Positions 24,530 to 38,268 are shown, numbered from the whole stretch's first letter. The stretch is DNA of 60,607 nt, filler included, from Sphacelaria rigidula (GCA_964200075.2; 5 parts of 5 records of this genome joined end to end with filler, not necessarily neighbours in it), one strand, 5' to 3'. Notes: generated from the letters alone by a model not told the origin. Numbers and translations: made by a program.

Positions 24530-27510
24530 CGAAAAGGCCTCCCGAGGGATGCGCGGCCCTCCAGAGGCAAAACAAGCCTCCGGAGGCCTTCGATCCTTCT
24601 GGAGGAAACCAAACACTACCGACCTGGAGGGCCGCGCACCCCTCCGGAGGAATTTGGGGGTAGCAAAATGCCTTCGGAGAGATGCGCGGCCCTCCAGAGG
24701 CAATAACAAGCCTCCGGAGGCGTTCATTCACTCTGGAGGAAACCGAAAAAATCGTCTGAAGGTCCGCGCACCCCTCCGGAGACATTTAATTCCTCTGGGA
24801 GCTCGCAACGTTGACCGACCTGGAGGAGTTTTGGGGGTAGCCGAACGACCACGTGTGTCCATGGATGTCCCAGATGGATGTTTATGTCTCGGGTGAAGCT
24901 CACACGATAATGCAGGGATTCATTCAAACCGCCTTCGACACTGCAGCAGACACATTAATGGTCGAGACACTCCACGTCAGAAGAGAATATTGCTTCTCTT
25001 CGAGTTTCAATACGTAGCGTCTTGAACAGCAAACTCTGCTACAGATGGTAAAAAAAGCAGTGGTGAAAAAACATAGCAGACGTAACTCGACGCCAGAGCA
25101 ATGGCTCTTGCCCTCGATCTTCTGCGCATATAATTCATCTCTAGGATGGGCTGTATGCTTGAGTCGTCAAAGGAGTCACACTGCTGTGGGAGAAAGGGTC
25201 GGGAAACCTAAATCTCCGGCCGAATCTCAGACTCTTTAATAAGAACGAATTAGTACGTTCTCTATTGATCTGTTCTCGTTTTAGATTGGTTTCACTTCTT
25301 TGCGCGGCCGATTTTCGCGACCCGTTATCGGATGGATCACTGTACTCGGAGGGAATGAAACAAATGTTAGTCGTCAGCTGCCGACATACTCGATTTTGCA
25401 TGTCCGTGATATTCTTTCGTCCCTCTGTTTTTCTTCACGCTCATTTTGCACTCAAAGTTGGGAGGAGTCCTCAATATCAAGCAAAATGTGATCAGCCACA
25501 CGCAGCCGTTTGGCTACCCCCCCAAATATCTTCAAACAAAGATTGACCCCTCCAGATGGATCAAGTTCGTCCGCGGGGGTGTTTATTTCCTCTGGAGGGC
25601 TCAAATTATACCCTTCGAGAGAGATTAAACACCACCAGAGGAACTACTGACCACTAGAGGGATTTCATGTGCTTGTGTCGGATCCTGCGAAGTGCACGTA
25701 ACCCCGCTAGAGGAGCTCCACCTCCCTCCCTCTAGCGTGACTCTCTGTGGGCCTTTCGTCTAGCGGTGTTCAGCCTCCAGAGGAGTTCGACGTCTCCAGA
25801 GCCTCTTCTCTATCTGCAGGGGTCAACTTCCGTGTGGAGGGTTTTTGGGGGTGCCCAAGTGGCCACGTGTGACGGTCCTACTTACTATTCCAGCAGTGCT
25901 GCATCCCCTGGAGCTTCGAAATCCCACACACGGCCGTAGATACCGCCTTCTTACAAGCAATGCGCAAAACTCCAGTCGTGTTGATGCTTGGGCCAAAGAG
26001 ACTTCATGCACTTACCGTCAGCAGGCCGTGTCTGCTGCGCCTGCACGGATGCGGTGTGCTCGTATAGCTTAGACTGATACAGGTCGGTTCAGGGTGAATT
26101 CCTCGAGCGCGGTCGTGCGCAAAATTTAACCTACGTGTACTTTAGGTCGGTATGAAACATTCTGGTGACGGTTTATTTTATTTCGCAAGTTATCGGCGGT
26201 TCCAGGGCTTGGAGGCTCTGGGAGACTGCGTGCCGTTCTGGGACCCCTGGTAACTGGCAAAACGAAACTTTCCTCAGGCCGTGTGTTACAAAACGAAATC
26301 GACTCGAACGAGTTCGCGCGGCGGAATTGATTCGGTTTGTTTTGCTGTGTTCGGGTCCGAGCTAATTTGCACGCTTTGGATCGAAAAAGCTAGGTGGAAA
26401 TCGTGAAGCGGTATTGTTTTTCTTGTATCCGATACAGACGGTGCAGACAGTGCAGACAGTACAGTACAATGCAGCCTGTATTGTCTGCGCCGTATGCATG
26501 TCTTGTACAACATGCAGGCGCAATGTGTAAAAGGAGTCAACGCGACATAAAGACAGCAGAGCTGTCTGTACTCTCTGGTCTGTACTCTCTGGATACAGAA
26601 CGATGTGGAGAGGATTTGAACCGCGTGCAGTTTTGTACTGCCTCTTCTGTCCATGAACGTGTTCGATCGCCGACCCCAACATGCAACTCCGTCGGTGGAC
26701 CCTCCCACACACACGCGACCATTCGGCTTGTGTTTGAAAATCCTCTATCGCGATTTTCATCCTTTCGAGGGTATTTTTATCCTACAAAAACACAGGATTT
26801 GACAAATTGGTGATGGTTCTTTTATTGGTAATGAAACCCGGAGAATAAAAATCTTCGTATCCACACCAAATCTTCGAAGTATTCTTCCATTTCTTCGCCT
26901 ACTGGTAGCCACTGACAACTACTATACGCAATAGAAAAGTGGATCTCGATAACCATAATATCGGAGTCCTAGGTGAAAAAACATTTTTGGCGACCGATCG
27001 GATCGCCTAAATCCTCCGAAATTGTTTCTTCACTTAGGACCCCGACATCTCGGTTATCGAAATCCGAATTCGCATGGCGTGTAGTAGTTGTCAACAGCTA
27101 CAAGCAAGTGAAGGAATGAAAGCATGCTTCGAAGATTCGGTGTAAATACGAAGATTTTTATTCTCCAGGTTTTCATCCCCGATGAACGATCCGTCCCCAA
27201 TTTGTGAAATCCCGTGTTTCCGGAGGATACAAATACCCTGTAGAAGGTATTTCGTACTCAATTCCGGGCATGAAACGAATCCTCTGGAGGGCATCTAATG
27301 CTCCAGTGACTTCTGGAGTCTGAATCCCTCCAGAGTACCGAAAATGTGGCGCTCTGGAGCACATGGTTTTCGTGAATGTCCCTTAGAGGGAAATATGAAC
27401 AGCAGAGGGAAAAATGAGCAATCCTCTGCAGGAGGGACCCACTATGGCCTCTTGGGCATTTGTTGCGACTCCAGAGAAGATAGCCCTGCAGTATCCTCCA
27501 GCGTGTACAT
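24530..27510. repeat. Non-autonomous element region rich in CCTC(C/T)(G/A)GAGG palindromic motifs
   Basis: Many CCTCCGGAGG/CTCCAGAGG motifs clustered at 24530-24830, 25550-25840 and 27220-27500; interrupted by M2. Confidence 0.55.
26791..27216. mobile_element. Foldback MITE family M2, copy 2
   Basis: Homologous to 2332-2771; ends CACAGGATTT...AAATCCCGTG. Confidence 0.9.
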
Positions 27511-28089
27511 TTACACTTGTGCACTTGTGTTCTGACCGCTTGCTTCCAGGGCACCTTTGGGACCCCAGCAATCTTGTGGCATGGACCGTTACGCCAGATA
27601 TATGTGTATCGCCCGTCGTTCGCAGATTGAACCATCACGGGTGGCGACCTGAAACCTCAAGTTTGCACGCTACAGGCGTCGCGTAAGGTCTGTAACGTCC
27701 AAAGTTGAGTTTACGGGCACCCCAGTCGCCACCCATGATGCAAACCCCATAACGTTTATTCCCAGCTACCACCACAACCCGGCAGCAGAGAGCACGAGTT
27801 GGGCACAGGGATATAGATACACACTGCAGTAGTCGGGTGTGATATATTTCTTGTTGGTGCAAGTTTAAACTTGAGCATCATCCTCCATGGTTGCGGCATC
27901 GCGCGGCGCCCGAACCACGCGGGGTAGAGTGCGGGCAATAACCGGAGGCTAATTGCATACACACTCATGAACAGTGCAGGCAGGCAAACCTGCGCACACT
28001 GTTCAAGTCCTTTTCACATCGCACTGTAAGCAGAAAACATATATAACAACTAATTCATTTGTCGTTTTCGCCGTTGAAAAGCCTTGGAT

Positions 28090-28520
28090 GCAGGTGCACT
28101 TTTTCACTTGATTTTAGAGTACGCTAAACGGGGTCATTCCGTAGTGCCCACGAGCTCTGAGAGGCCAGCATTTGCTCACACTTGATTTGAGAGTACGGCG
28201 AAATGGTGTCATTCGGCCGTTCTCAAAAGCTCGTAGAGGCAAGCATTTTCTCTCACTTGATTTTAGAGTACAGCGAAACAGGATCATTTCGTTCTCTCGA
28301 GCTCTGACAAAGCAGTATTGCATGATTCCCCTTCAGGAGGTTTCGGGAGCATCGCTTCCACGGTAGTGCTCTGTTTTCCGCCTTCTTTCCTCGCCATGGC
28401 GGCAGTAGACCCTTCGTGCGTCCATGTCACACCGCACACAGGACTGTCAGAATCGTTCCCGGAGGCTCTGAGACAGGTGCACTTTTTCACTTGCTTTTGG
28501 ACTACGGCGAAACGGGGTCT
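28090..28520. repeat. ~75-bp degenerate direct repeats (CACTTGATTTTAGAGTAC...AAACGGGGTC) x4
   Basis: Units near 28105, 28180, 28255 and 28488. Confidence 0.7.
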
Positions 28521-28802
28521 CCTCGTGACCCTTTGACCGTCGTAGATGCCACCTCTTACCGTATACAGGACACTTGAAAATTGAATCAGAATGGATGGGT
28601 TATGCGGAACGACTCCCCGTCCAATCTCGGTGCCCACGGGAAGCATGTTGTGATCTTGCCCGCATGTCGAATCGTCTCGACTGTACTTCCCTTTTTCTGT
28701 CTCTGGACTGCTGTTGTTGTTGCTACTGCTTCTGCTCTGCCATACATGCGTTTTTTCGTCATGAGGTGCCGGCTTCTATTTTTCATAATTTAGTCAGCAG
28801 AC

Positions 28803-29370
28803 GGTCGCTCTGGTGGCTCAGTTGGTAACTCCCAAACCTTATGGCGGTTGGGTTGTCGGTTCGGACCTCAGTGCAGTCACACGATCTGGAATTTTATCTC
28901 ACACCATGTTCAACAGTGGACGGCGACTACAAACAATGTTTTCGTGAGATTGAGAGTAGAGCGCTGATTGAAAGTGGCTTTGACTATTCGCTTCAACGAA
29001 GCCAGTTTTTCATTCCGTGCGTGCTTTTCTTCGCCTCTAGCACTGATGTGTGCATACAGCTACACGTCGATATCTTGCTCAGGGGTATCACGGGTCTCAG
29101 TGGCAAGCTCCTACAGTACAGAGAGCATCTTAAGCCTCGTGGAGGGGCATTTCGGAACTGAAACGGTTAATTGACAAATTGACCGCTTTTCACTCTCAAT
29201 CGTATCTTCTACTCTCAATCTCACGAGTAAATTGTTTACAGTGTGTCGTGAGTAGAGAGAATTCGGTTTCACGGTCGACGAGCGAAACGGACCGCTTAAC
29301 CCCTCTCGCGACGAAAAAGTAAGGCGACCACCACAGAATTTCCTGTGTTGACCTCCCTTCTGTGTTACAC
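28803..29370 (+). mobile_element. tRNA-derived SINE S1, copy 2, interrupted by MITE M3
   Basis: Head GGTCGCTCTGGTGGCTCAGTTGG; body resumes at ~29242 matching 581-740. Confidence 0.8.
28929..29240. mobile_element. MITE family M3, copy 2 (nested in SINE)
   Basis: Homologous to 12411-12695. Confidence 0.85.
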
Positions 29371-29445
29371 GTAAGGTACACAACTACTGTATCAGCATGA
29401 ATATCACATCATGGTCTCGACTTCGCTTCATTTGTACTGTTTGAA

Positions 29446-29605
29446 CCCTTTTGGGACCGGAATCCCAGAAAAATGTGGTTTGCACGCAGGGGCGTTTCCA
29501 TAAATCGGTAATATTTTTAGTTGGAAACGATTAAGAATGATGTCGATTCATACAAAGGCCTCTGCGTGCAAATCATATGTTTCTGGGAATCCCGTCGCAA
29601 AAGGG
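29446..29605. mobile_element. piggyBac-like foldback MITE (160 bp)
   Basis: CCCTTTTG...CAAAAGGG ends flanked by TGAA / TTAA; long imperfect inverted arms. Confidence 0.75.
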
Positions 29606-30188
29606 TTAATCCTTTGACCGGTAGGGTACGTCATCTGGACCATGCTGTAATTTGTGAAGTCCAAGTAAATGATGCCGATTTAACAACAGATAACCTATCA
29701 TGGCGGTCAAATGGTCAAATTCATTGCCAGTATATGGGTTCTTGGCTTGCGGGGGCGGTCAGTTCCTCAGGTTCACGTTTGATTGTGATGCGTTGTGTTG
29801 AGCCTTCGTACATACTCATCATCCATGTTGCTCTTAGGGCTGAAAACGGAACATTTTTTTTCGAAAATCGAACCGGCACCATGCTCATTAAAGACTGAGG
29901 AGACACGACAATTTTTTCCCGCCGCTTTCCATCAATGATTTGACGGCGAGAATTAGGCAATCTGTTGAAGTGGCATCAATTTCACTCAATAAAAGTGTCC
30001 ATGATCCAGATTTGCTACCGTGCTCAGTCTATGAGCTCACACAACGCACACAGCTATCACCGGTGCTCATGTACCTTGGCTGTCGATCCACTGATCGTGG
30101 CGGCGAAGCCGGAGAAACGCGACCTTGTGGTAGTCGTGTGCTCAACTGTCCTGCTATTTCTGGAGCCTGTTTCGTAAAATTGATCATG

Positions 30189-30361
30189 TCTGTGATGTTG
30201 AATCCGGTGTTGTCCGTGTTTCGGGAGATATCGGTCGCTACTGTTGGTCGAGTGCTCTGCTGTTAATGGACGGCTTTCGCACGGCGGGATAGTCTGTCAT
30301 GTTGAATCCGTGGTCGCCGTTTACCGTGTTTTGGGAGATATCGGTCGGTACTGTTGGTCGA
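30189..30361. repeat. Direct duplication of a ~65-bp unit
   Basis: GTCTGT(G/C)ATGTTGAATCCG...GGGAGATATCGGTCG.TACTGTTGGTCGA twice. Confidence 0.75.
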
Positions 30362-30879
30362 TTGTTGTCTTACTTCTTCCGTTTCTCTTATATATCCACT
30401 ACATTGCGGGTATTGCCTGCTTCGTTGTTGTCCACGAAGGAGGGGGGATGGATATTGTATGCCTTTTCAGTTGCTGTTTCTGGACCCTGTTCCGTACGAT
30501 GGGCGTTTCTGCGGTGCAATAGTACTGGACTAATGGTTGCGATACTTGTGTGTCCGTCGCAAGTTTTTGTGTCCCCGGGTATCGGGTTCGTACTCGTTGC
30601 TGTGGGTGGAAAACGTGAATAAGTGTCTTCGTATCTGTTCTTCGACGGTGGAGGTAGTCTTCTGCGCGTTCTACAGTATCGGTACAATCGTCAAAACATC
30701 ATTAAGCCTCTTCTTCATACCCTGCCCCCGGGACACGGGTCTCCATATGCACACAGCGCAATATACTGCACTTGAAGCTATGATCTGTTCCGTCGCCTAC
30801 TGCGAGCAACGATGACCGGTCCTCATGTACCTTGGCTATCGATCTCATTGAGCGTGCCGGCGGAAGCCACCGAACCCCT

Positions 30880-32595
30880 TGTATATATATAAATAGTCCT
30901 GCGCTGTCTGTACTGTACTTTGCCCGCCCCCATTTTTGCCACTGCCGCACAAGTCGGTCTAACTTTCCAGTATATTGCACCGCACGAATACAAGCACGAT
31001 ATGGTACTGTCCTGCACGGCGTTGTACAGTTCAGTACAGCGCCAAACCGTGCTTTTTGTTGTGATCGTCATTTCGTCATCAAAGTACAGTACAACAGTGT
31101 AAACCGCGATCAGAATTTTTCGCGTGTTCAATCGAAAAAAAGCCTCGGCATTGATGTGGTAGACTCGGGACGACGCGGCGTTTTCAGGACCTGCATGTAT
31201 ACAGATGTGAGATTCATACAGATTCAATTCCATAACCACCAGCTGAAGCTATATGTAGCACGGCCGTGTGCACACGCTGCCACTCGGCTACCTCGTGGAG
31301 GAATTTTCAAACGTTATCCTCGGTGCCGTCCGTTTTGAAATCCTCCCTAGAGGGTCTTGGGTATTCGTAATCCTCTAGAGGATTTCAATGTTGGGACCCT
31401 CGAAGGTCTGTGTCGGTATTCAAATTCCCTGCATTGTTTTCGGAGGCACAAGTGCTATGGAAATCTGGAATTTTTACAGCCTGTGCTGTTCGAAATAAAT
31501 CTCGTTCCAAATTATTGGAATCAGGCAAAAATGATTTATTTCGAACAGCAGAGGCTGTGCAAATCCCGTATACACTCGCATATGAAATTTGTACACCATA
31601 AACTGTTCGAAAAAATCATCATTTTGCCCGCCAATACCTGAAATTGGGCAAAAAAAGGACTTGCTTGCGAGCAGCTTCTGCTGTTCAATTCCCACATATT
31701 GCACCGTATCAGTGGATGAGAATCAAGAGACAGCAGAAATCGTTGAAAATTCACCCTCTTGCCCCCCATTTCATGTATCAATTGGGCAAGCAGATCGAAG
31801 TCTTCAACAGCCTCGGCTGGTTTCAAATCCCTTACACTGACTGCGAGTGTATGTCCACATGACCGCGCTGTACAGGTTTGGCTGGTGGTTATGGTATATG
31901 AACTGTGTGGACCTCACACACGTAAACATATAGGTTTTGAAAACTCCGCCGTCCTGTGTCTACCATTTCAACACCAAATGAAGTATTTTTTCGGGTGAAC
32001 ACGCGAAACGTTATAATCGCGGTTTGTTCTGTACGTTGATGACGATATGACCATCACAACAATAAGCATGGTTCGATGCTGCACTGAACTGTACAAAACC
32101 GTGCAGGACAGTACCATATCGTGCTTGTACACGTGTGGTGCAATATGCTGCAGAGTTTGTGCGGCATATACGCCACTCATGGCTAAACAAAGTGGATGCC
32201 TGTAAATCTGGGTGCATGGGGGTGTTATATACCGTCAGCTACTGAGATTCATCACGATGCCCGTTCTTGCAGCATGCTCACCGCTGCAGTCAGTAGGACG
32301 TGAAAGGGAAGCGGACAAAGTACAGTACAGACAGGGCAGGACTATATGTATGTTTTCCACCGTGGAAAGCGCACATGGGATTTGTACAGCCTGTGCTGTT
32401 CGAAATAAATCTTTCTTGCCCGATTCCAAATTTGGAATTAGGATTCATTTCGAACAGCAGCGGCTGTCCAGATTCCAGATTTCCATAGCACCTGTGATCA
32501 GAAACAATCCAGGGAATTCTATTTTCGACACGAACCTTCGAGGGCCCCAACCTTGATAATCCTCTCGAGGATTGCGAATACCCGAGACCCTCTAG
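30880..32595. repeat. Inverted pair of a repeat family
   Basis: 30880-31140 matches the reverse complement of 31985-32350; 31345-31560 matches the reverse complement of 32375-32595. Confidence 0.75.
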
Positions 32596-32596
32596 C

Positions 32597-33605
32597 AACA
32601 GCCTGGATTCGTTTTTGAGGTTCAACATTTTATTGAGGTTTAACGGACCATCAAAATTTCGTTTGTTTCGTCCAAAAGGCTCGAGATTCGTGAGCGGTTT
32701 CGACCATGTAACTCGAACCCAGAAAGTTTTGCACGGCAGCGCAAGCATTATGATGAGCAGTCCAACAGAAAAACCGGCGTCATCGTGCGGCATCTTTTGA
32801 GCAGGACCTGCATCCAAGCGCTACGGAACACGTATCAAAGCATGCTGAAAACGTACTTGTTTGGACTAGTCATCGAGGTTTCGAGCGCCTTTTGTTGAGT
32901 ATCTGAGAGAGACTTCATACTGTTGCGCCGGCGACGACCGCCGTCAGCGAAACGATCCAATGCGGAGATAGACGCAAGCGGTCTTCAAAACGCAGCATCA
33001 CTCAGCAGTCTGCTGAGATATACCACCACACCAGAGTACAGCTCCACTACAGCACCGTCGTTAGTTAAATAAAATGGATGCCCCACAATAAAGCTGCACA
33101 CACAGACAACGGGGGTAAGGGTTAGTCCCACGCTTGGGGTTTCGCCAGTAGGTGCCAATGCGAGGCGCTTCATCTAGTCCGAACCAGCTATCACGCCTTG
33201 TATGGCCACTTCCGCCGTGACTGTGTTGAGAACCTGTTTCGCGGTGAGGCTGTCGGACAATACTACTGTAGTGCAACGCGCTTGAAAAAATCGGGCCGTT
33301 TCTCTGAATTGAGAATCCGCATCAGCTGTAGTTTGAATATCCCTCCTGACGGCCCCAAACGGGGTCTGATGTAGCGACGGAAAACGCTGGCACCCTCCCC
33401 CTCAGATGGGATTTGTGACAACTGTGGGGGTATTTGGGGAACATCGCTCGGAATGAAACGTGTAGAATAGTATTCAGGGGTATCGTAGTACATCTTTCTC
33501 TGTTCGAAATAGAAATTTCTTTGCTTGAACGCCTTATACCCGTTACGATGAACGACTGCTTTCCAAGAAAAGCATCCGTTATTTCAGCACCTCTCCTGGG
33601 GTTTT
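32597..33605. mobile_element. Partial copy of element M4 (left TIR plus body)
   Basis: Collinear with 34212-35225. Confidence 0.85.
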
Positions 33606-34208
33606 GCCGCATGTCTTGTGCATTTTTTCGGCTTTCCCGAGCGTTTTTTTGTTGTTGTCTCGTGAAGTGAAGGAGCAGGACTCAAAACTGAGGCTTTCGC
33701 CGAGCCCCCAATAGACAAGCAGCTACACTCACGGCGATCAGAGTGTGTCGGTTGTGCACAACCGGAGTCTGCCGGTTGACAGCCTTCCCATTGATTTTCG
33801 GAGAAACGTTTTTTCATGATTCCCGAGGCGTTTTGGAGGATCGCCCGAAACCGTCATTTTTCAGTCCGCCGCCACCACAGTACTATTTGAGCGTGAAATC
33901 GGCCGTACATACCAGACTCGGGGGTATACACGCCCATCCCGGGGACAAAAGCATGTTGGCCCCGGGTCTGGAGGGTGTTCTTGTTCCCACACATGTCCCC
34001 AACACCTCGAAACACACTACCGTGGGTCTGAGCATCGAAAAAAAATTCTTCGTGCCCCCCGTATCGCACATTGAGCCGAAGTTCTGCCAAAACTCTGGCT
34101 CTCCGTAGAAAACCTCACTACATGAGCTCATTTTCCGATTTTTTCACGCCGGGGATGATAAGATGTGATCCCCTGGGGCTATTTTATTTCTTTTCATGAT
34201 GGCAACCA

Positions 34209-35368
34209 TATAACAGCCTGGATTCGTCTTTGAGGTTCGGCATTTCATTGGGGTTTAACGGACCATCGACATTTCATTTACTTCGTTCAAAAGGTTTGGG
34301 AGTCGCAAGCGGTTCGACCATGTGCCCCTAACCGAGAAGTGTTTGCACTACAGCGAAAGCATGATGGTGTGCAGTCCAACCGAAAAGCCGCCCTCATTCA
34401 TTGTGCCGCATCTATCGAGCAATCCTTGCGTCTAAGCGCCACGGAACACATAACAAAGCATCCTGAAAACATACTTCTTCGGACTAGTCATCGAGATTTC
34501 GAGCGCCTCTTGCTGTGTATCCAAGAGAGACTTTATACTGTTGCGCCGGCGACGACGGCCGTCAGCGAAACGATCCAATGCGGCGGCAGACGCCAACGAT
34601 CTTTGAAACGCATCGTCATTCAGCAGTCTACTGAGATATACCATCACCACAGCACAGCATCACCACAGTACAGTGGTTAGTTGGATCAAATGGGTGCCCC
34701 ACGATAAAGCTGCAGACACACACAACGGGGGTAAGGATTAGTCCGAGGCCTAGGGTTGTTTCGCCAGTAGTGCCCATGCGAGGTGCTTCATCTAGTCTGA
34801 ACCAGCTATCACGCCTTGTATGGCCACCTCCACTGTGGCTGTGTTGAGAGCCGGTTTCGGGGTGGAGCTGTTGAACAACGCTACTGTTGTAGTGCAACGC
34901 GCTTTGAAATTTCGAGCCGTTTTTTTTTAATTTAGAAGCCGCGGCAGCTGTAGTTTGAATATCTCTTCTGACGGCCCCAAACGGGGTCTGATGGAGCGAC
35001 AGAAAAGCGCTGGCACAGCCATCCTCAGATGGGAATTGAGACAACTGTGGGGGTATTTGGTGAACATCGCTCGGAATGCAATATGTAGAACAGTATTCGG
35101 GGGTATCGTAAGTACCTGTTCTCCTGTTCAAAATCTAAATTTCCTTGCCCGAACCCTTTACACCTGTTACAATGAACGACTTCTTTTCAAGAAAATAGCC
35201 CGTTATTTCCGGACTTCCCCTGGGGTCTACTCGTAACGCTGAGATTAGGGGCACATAGGCGACACCGCTTGCGACTCCCAAGCCTTTTGAACAAAGTGAA
35301 TGAAATTTCGATGGTCCGTTAAACCTTAATGAAATGGTGAACCTCAAAAACGAATCCAGGCTGTTATA
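34209..35368. mobile_element. Non-autonomous DNA transposon M4 with ~125-bp TIRs
   Basis: TATAACAGCCTGGATTCGT... / ...ACGAATCCAGGCTGTTATA. Confidence 0.88.
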
Positions 35369-35957
35369 TGTGGAAGATATGTTGGAGATCCGTGTGTCGA
35401 AAACAACTGCATTGGGTACATTATCGCAATATTCCACCACGGCATTTTTCAATGAGATTTTTGAAACGAACTTCTCTTGTGGGAGAGAAGAAGGATCGTG
35501 TTTCGAGATTTTAGCATAACAAAGGCATAAAAGCCAAGTTTCATGCATAACTTGGCGCATATAGTACTCCAACGGGATTATACACCCCCCCCCTAGCAGC
35601 TGGGCGGATGGTGGAGTAAAGATTGGTCGGGTAAGGTACTAGTAGTGTTGATATTCGGGGTACGTAGCGACATGACGAGAATTGAGTTGAAGAAGAAATG
35701 CGATGAAGTTGAGTTATACTGTTTGGCAACAGTAAAAGTAGAAAGGGGGGGAGAACACTTCTGAGTCACGCTAAAACAGGGAGCGAGCAAGGAGTGGGAA
35801 AGGATGAAAAGAAGTAGGGTATCGGCAGGGTTAGAATGGTAGAATAGAGAGTATGCATTACTGACGGAATAACAAACCTAAGGCGTAGTGCATGAGCAAA
35901 CGGAGGGAAAGAGAGGCAGGAACAGTTGAATGGCCGGAACACGGCGCCCCGAAGTAA

Positions 35958-36329
35958 GTGGACGAAGTCCAAACCGGCAAGGGGCAGAACAATCAAGCAA
36001 GGGAAAATAGAAGTAAGAGACACGGGAAGAGAACAGGAAACAATGAGAGAGCAGATAACGATTCGGGAAGGAAGTTGAGGATAGGATCATGGAACGTGTG
36101 TGGCTTCGCTACAGACGAGCGCAAACAAGGAGAGATAGCGCAACGAGTGAGTAAACACGACCTAGATATCGTAGGAATCCAAGAGTCATGGGGGAAAGAC
36201 GGGGTAGGAATAGGATACGAAGTTGAAGAGTACGCATTGATATTGAAAAAGCGGAAGGGACAGAAGGAAAAGGGCAGGGGAGCGGGGGGAGTAGGGTTTT
36301 AGTCAAGGAATACCTGAGTGACATGATAG
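35958..36329 (+). mobile_element. Non-LTR retrotransposon (LINE) APE endonuclease N-terminus, truncated by contig end
   Basis: KLRIGSWNVCGF...LDIVGIQESW...GGVGF motifs; frameshift near 36300; purine-rich upstream region from ~35590. Confidence 0.9.
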
Positions 36330-36429
36330 NNNNNNNNNNNNNNNNNNNNNNNNNNNNNNNNNNNNNNNNNNNNTTAATTAATTAANNNNNNNNNNNNNNN
36401 NNNNNNNNNNNNNNNNNNNNNNNNNNNNN
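36330..36429. other. Artificial contig-joining linker
   Basis: N44-TTAATTAATTAA-N44. Confidence 0.97.
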
Positions 36430-36494
36430 CTACCTTTTACTTTGTACGAAGACAAAAAAAAATTTTTTAAGAATAAATAAAATTAATTAAATAA

Positions 36495-36727
36495 ACCCCC
36501 CCCCCCCCCCCCCCCAAGTGCCTGTTTTGGGGAGGAAATATCGTCACGTAAATTGAAATGCAAAAAGCCAGTAGGTGGGAATCCCCACGCTTGGGTTCGT
36601 TCTCGCCAGTGTCGCCCATATGTGGCGCCTCATGCAGCCTGAAAGCCTACATCAGGCGCTGTGTGTCCATTCTGTTTCGTGACGGTTTTGGGCTGGTTCT
36701 TTGGGAGGGCTATCGTAGAAAGTGTCC
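36495..36727. mobile_element. MITE family M5, partial copy
   Basis: Homologous to 59510-59768; right TIR TATCGTAGAAAGTGTC. Confidence 0.8.
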
Positions 36728-38268
36728 GCACGAGCTTCCAAACCTCTTGCAGGCCTTCATCGTTGGCATAGCGCCGTCATCTTGGTGGAGTATAGCGTGA
36801 CGTGGGGTAACATTTTAAGACTGCTTGATTTCATCGTGAAACATTATGATCGAACATTTTTTTTGGTGGAGTGTAAGTGATACAGGTTGCAGCATGACGA
36901 CAAAAAGTTGGATGTCATCGGAAATCCACATGCGGGAAATGAGCAGTAAGGTACTCCATCATATTTCAGTTTGCGAAAATGGACCAAGATTAATTGTCGC
37001 TATGTACCCATCCCCCGACTGCCATGATGATTCGTCGCCTTCGTTCCACTCCATATGAAACGGCGAAAAACCGTAATATCGCCCCAGGGAACTTGCTTTA
37101 TGGTGCGTTCGTATGACGCAGCCTGGTGTGATGAGATTCGTTTTATCTCAGGGACAACGCACATGAAAGAGCGGAAGCGCAAAGTCCCCGTGGTGAAAGT
37201 TGACTGCGCCGCAACCAAGAGATCGGTTTGACGGGCACAAGCTTCGTTAAAATGATTGCACCGCCAATTGTACGCACTTGCGAACAATGCCTCGTTTCCA
37301 CCGCGTCACGAGCTCTTGACGCGAGTGAAAACAAGAAGCTCATGCTTCTAGGAATGTCAAATCGGGTGCGGCGGAGAAGCAAATCATAGCACACGTGGAT
37401 ATTCGCTGTAGTTGAGCAATATTGCGCTTAGAGAGGATGCGATACGCACAAGAATCGCGAGTCATCGGACAGGAGCCCCAAGGCTCGTCCCTACCCAGCT
37501 GCGAAAGCTGCGCATCCTTGACAGCAAATCGTCCAGTGGGTCAGGAGCCACGACAGGGTACGAATGGTGCTGCAACAAATACTAGGGCTGTGAACGGGAA
37601 CAGTTTATACTGTCGGTTAGACTAGAGCTGCCGACGAGGGCGCCAATTTATCCAGTTTATCTAGGGTTTTGCCGTTACCGGCTATTTTTACATCATTTGT
37701 TTTTCAATGTAGTGGTTTTGTAACAGAGATGCTCACACCATTTTACACTTTTTGTCAATACAATTCAGGCCTGCACTTGACAGTTGCAAGGAAACATGAG
37801 ATATCAGTCCAGACGGAGGGCGCTTCGAAGCCGTCGATGGAAATCGTTTACGCCAATGACGCATGAAGCCGGGGTGCACACCCTCATGCCTCGTCTTCCG
37901 TGTTTCGGTCGACTTGTACAGCATATGTGTGGCAATCTGTGGTAATACCATAGCGCATGAAAAATAGATTCGCCCTGGGCCCATTCATCACCAGCTGACT
38001 ACTTGGGGGTGCTTAGTTGGCACCTCGTGGTTCTGTAGTTCTTCTTTTTTTTTGGCCGTAGCGTGTAGGCCGACGGCTAGTCCGTCGGGTGAGAAAAATC
38101 AAGGAAGAAGGAGTTGTGAATTGTATGCGGCGAGATGCTGAAGGTGAAACTTCCGAACGCCAAATCCCAATTGCTAATTGCCAAGTGCATGATGAAAAGC
38201 GCTTTGAATACGATGCAGCATGTGCTCGCTACACCTCGAGGTGATGCAGCGGACATATGCCGAGGTTT

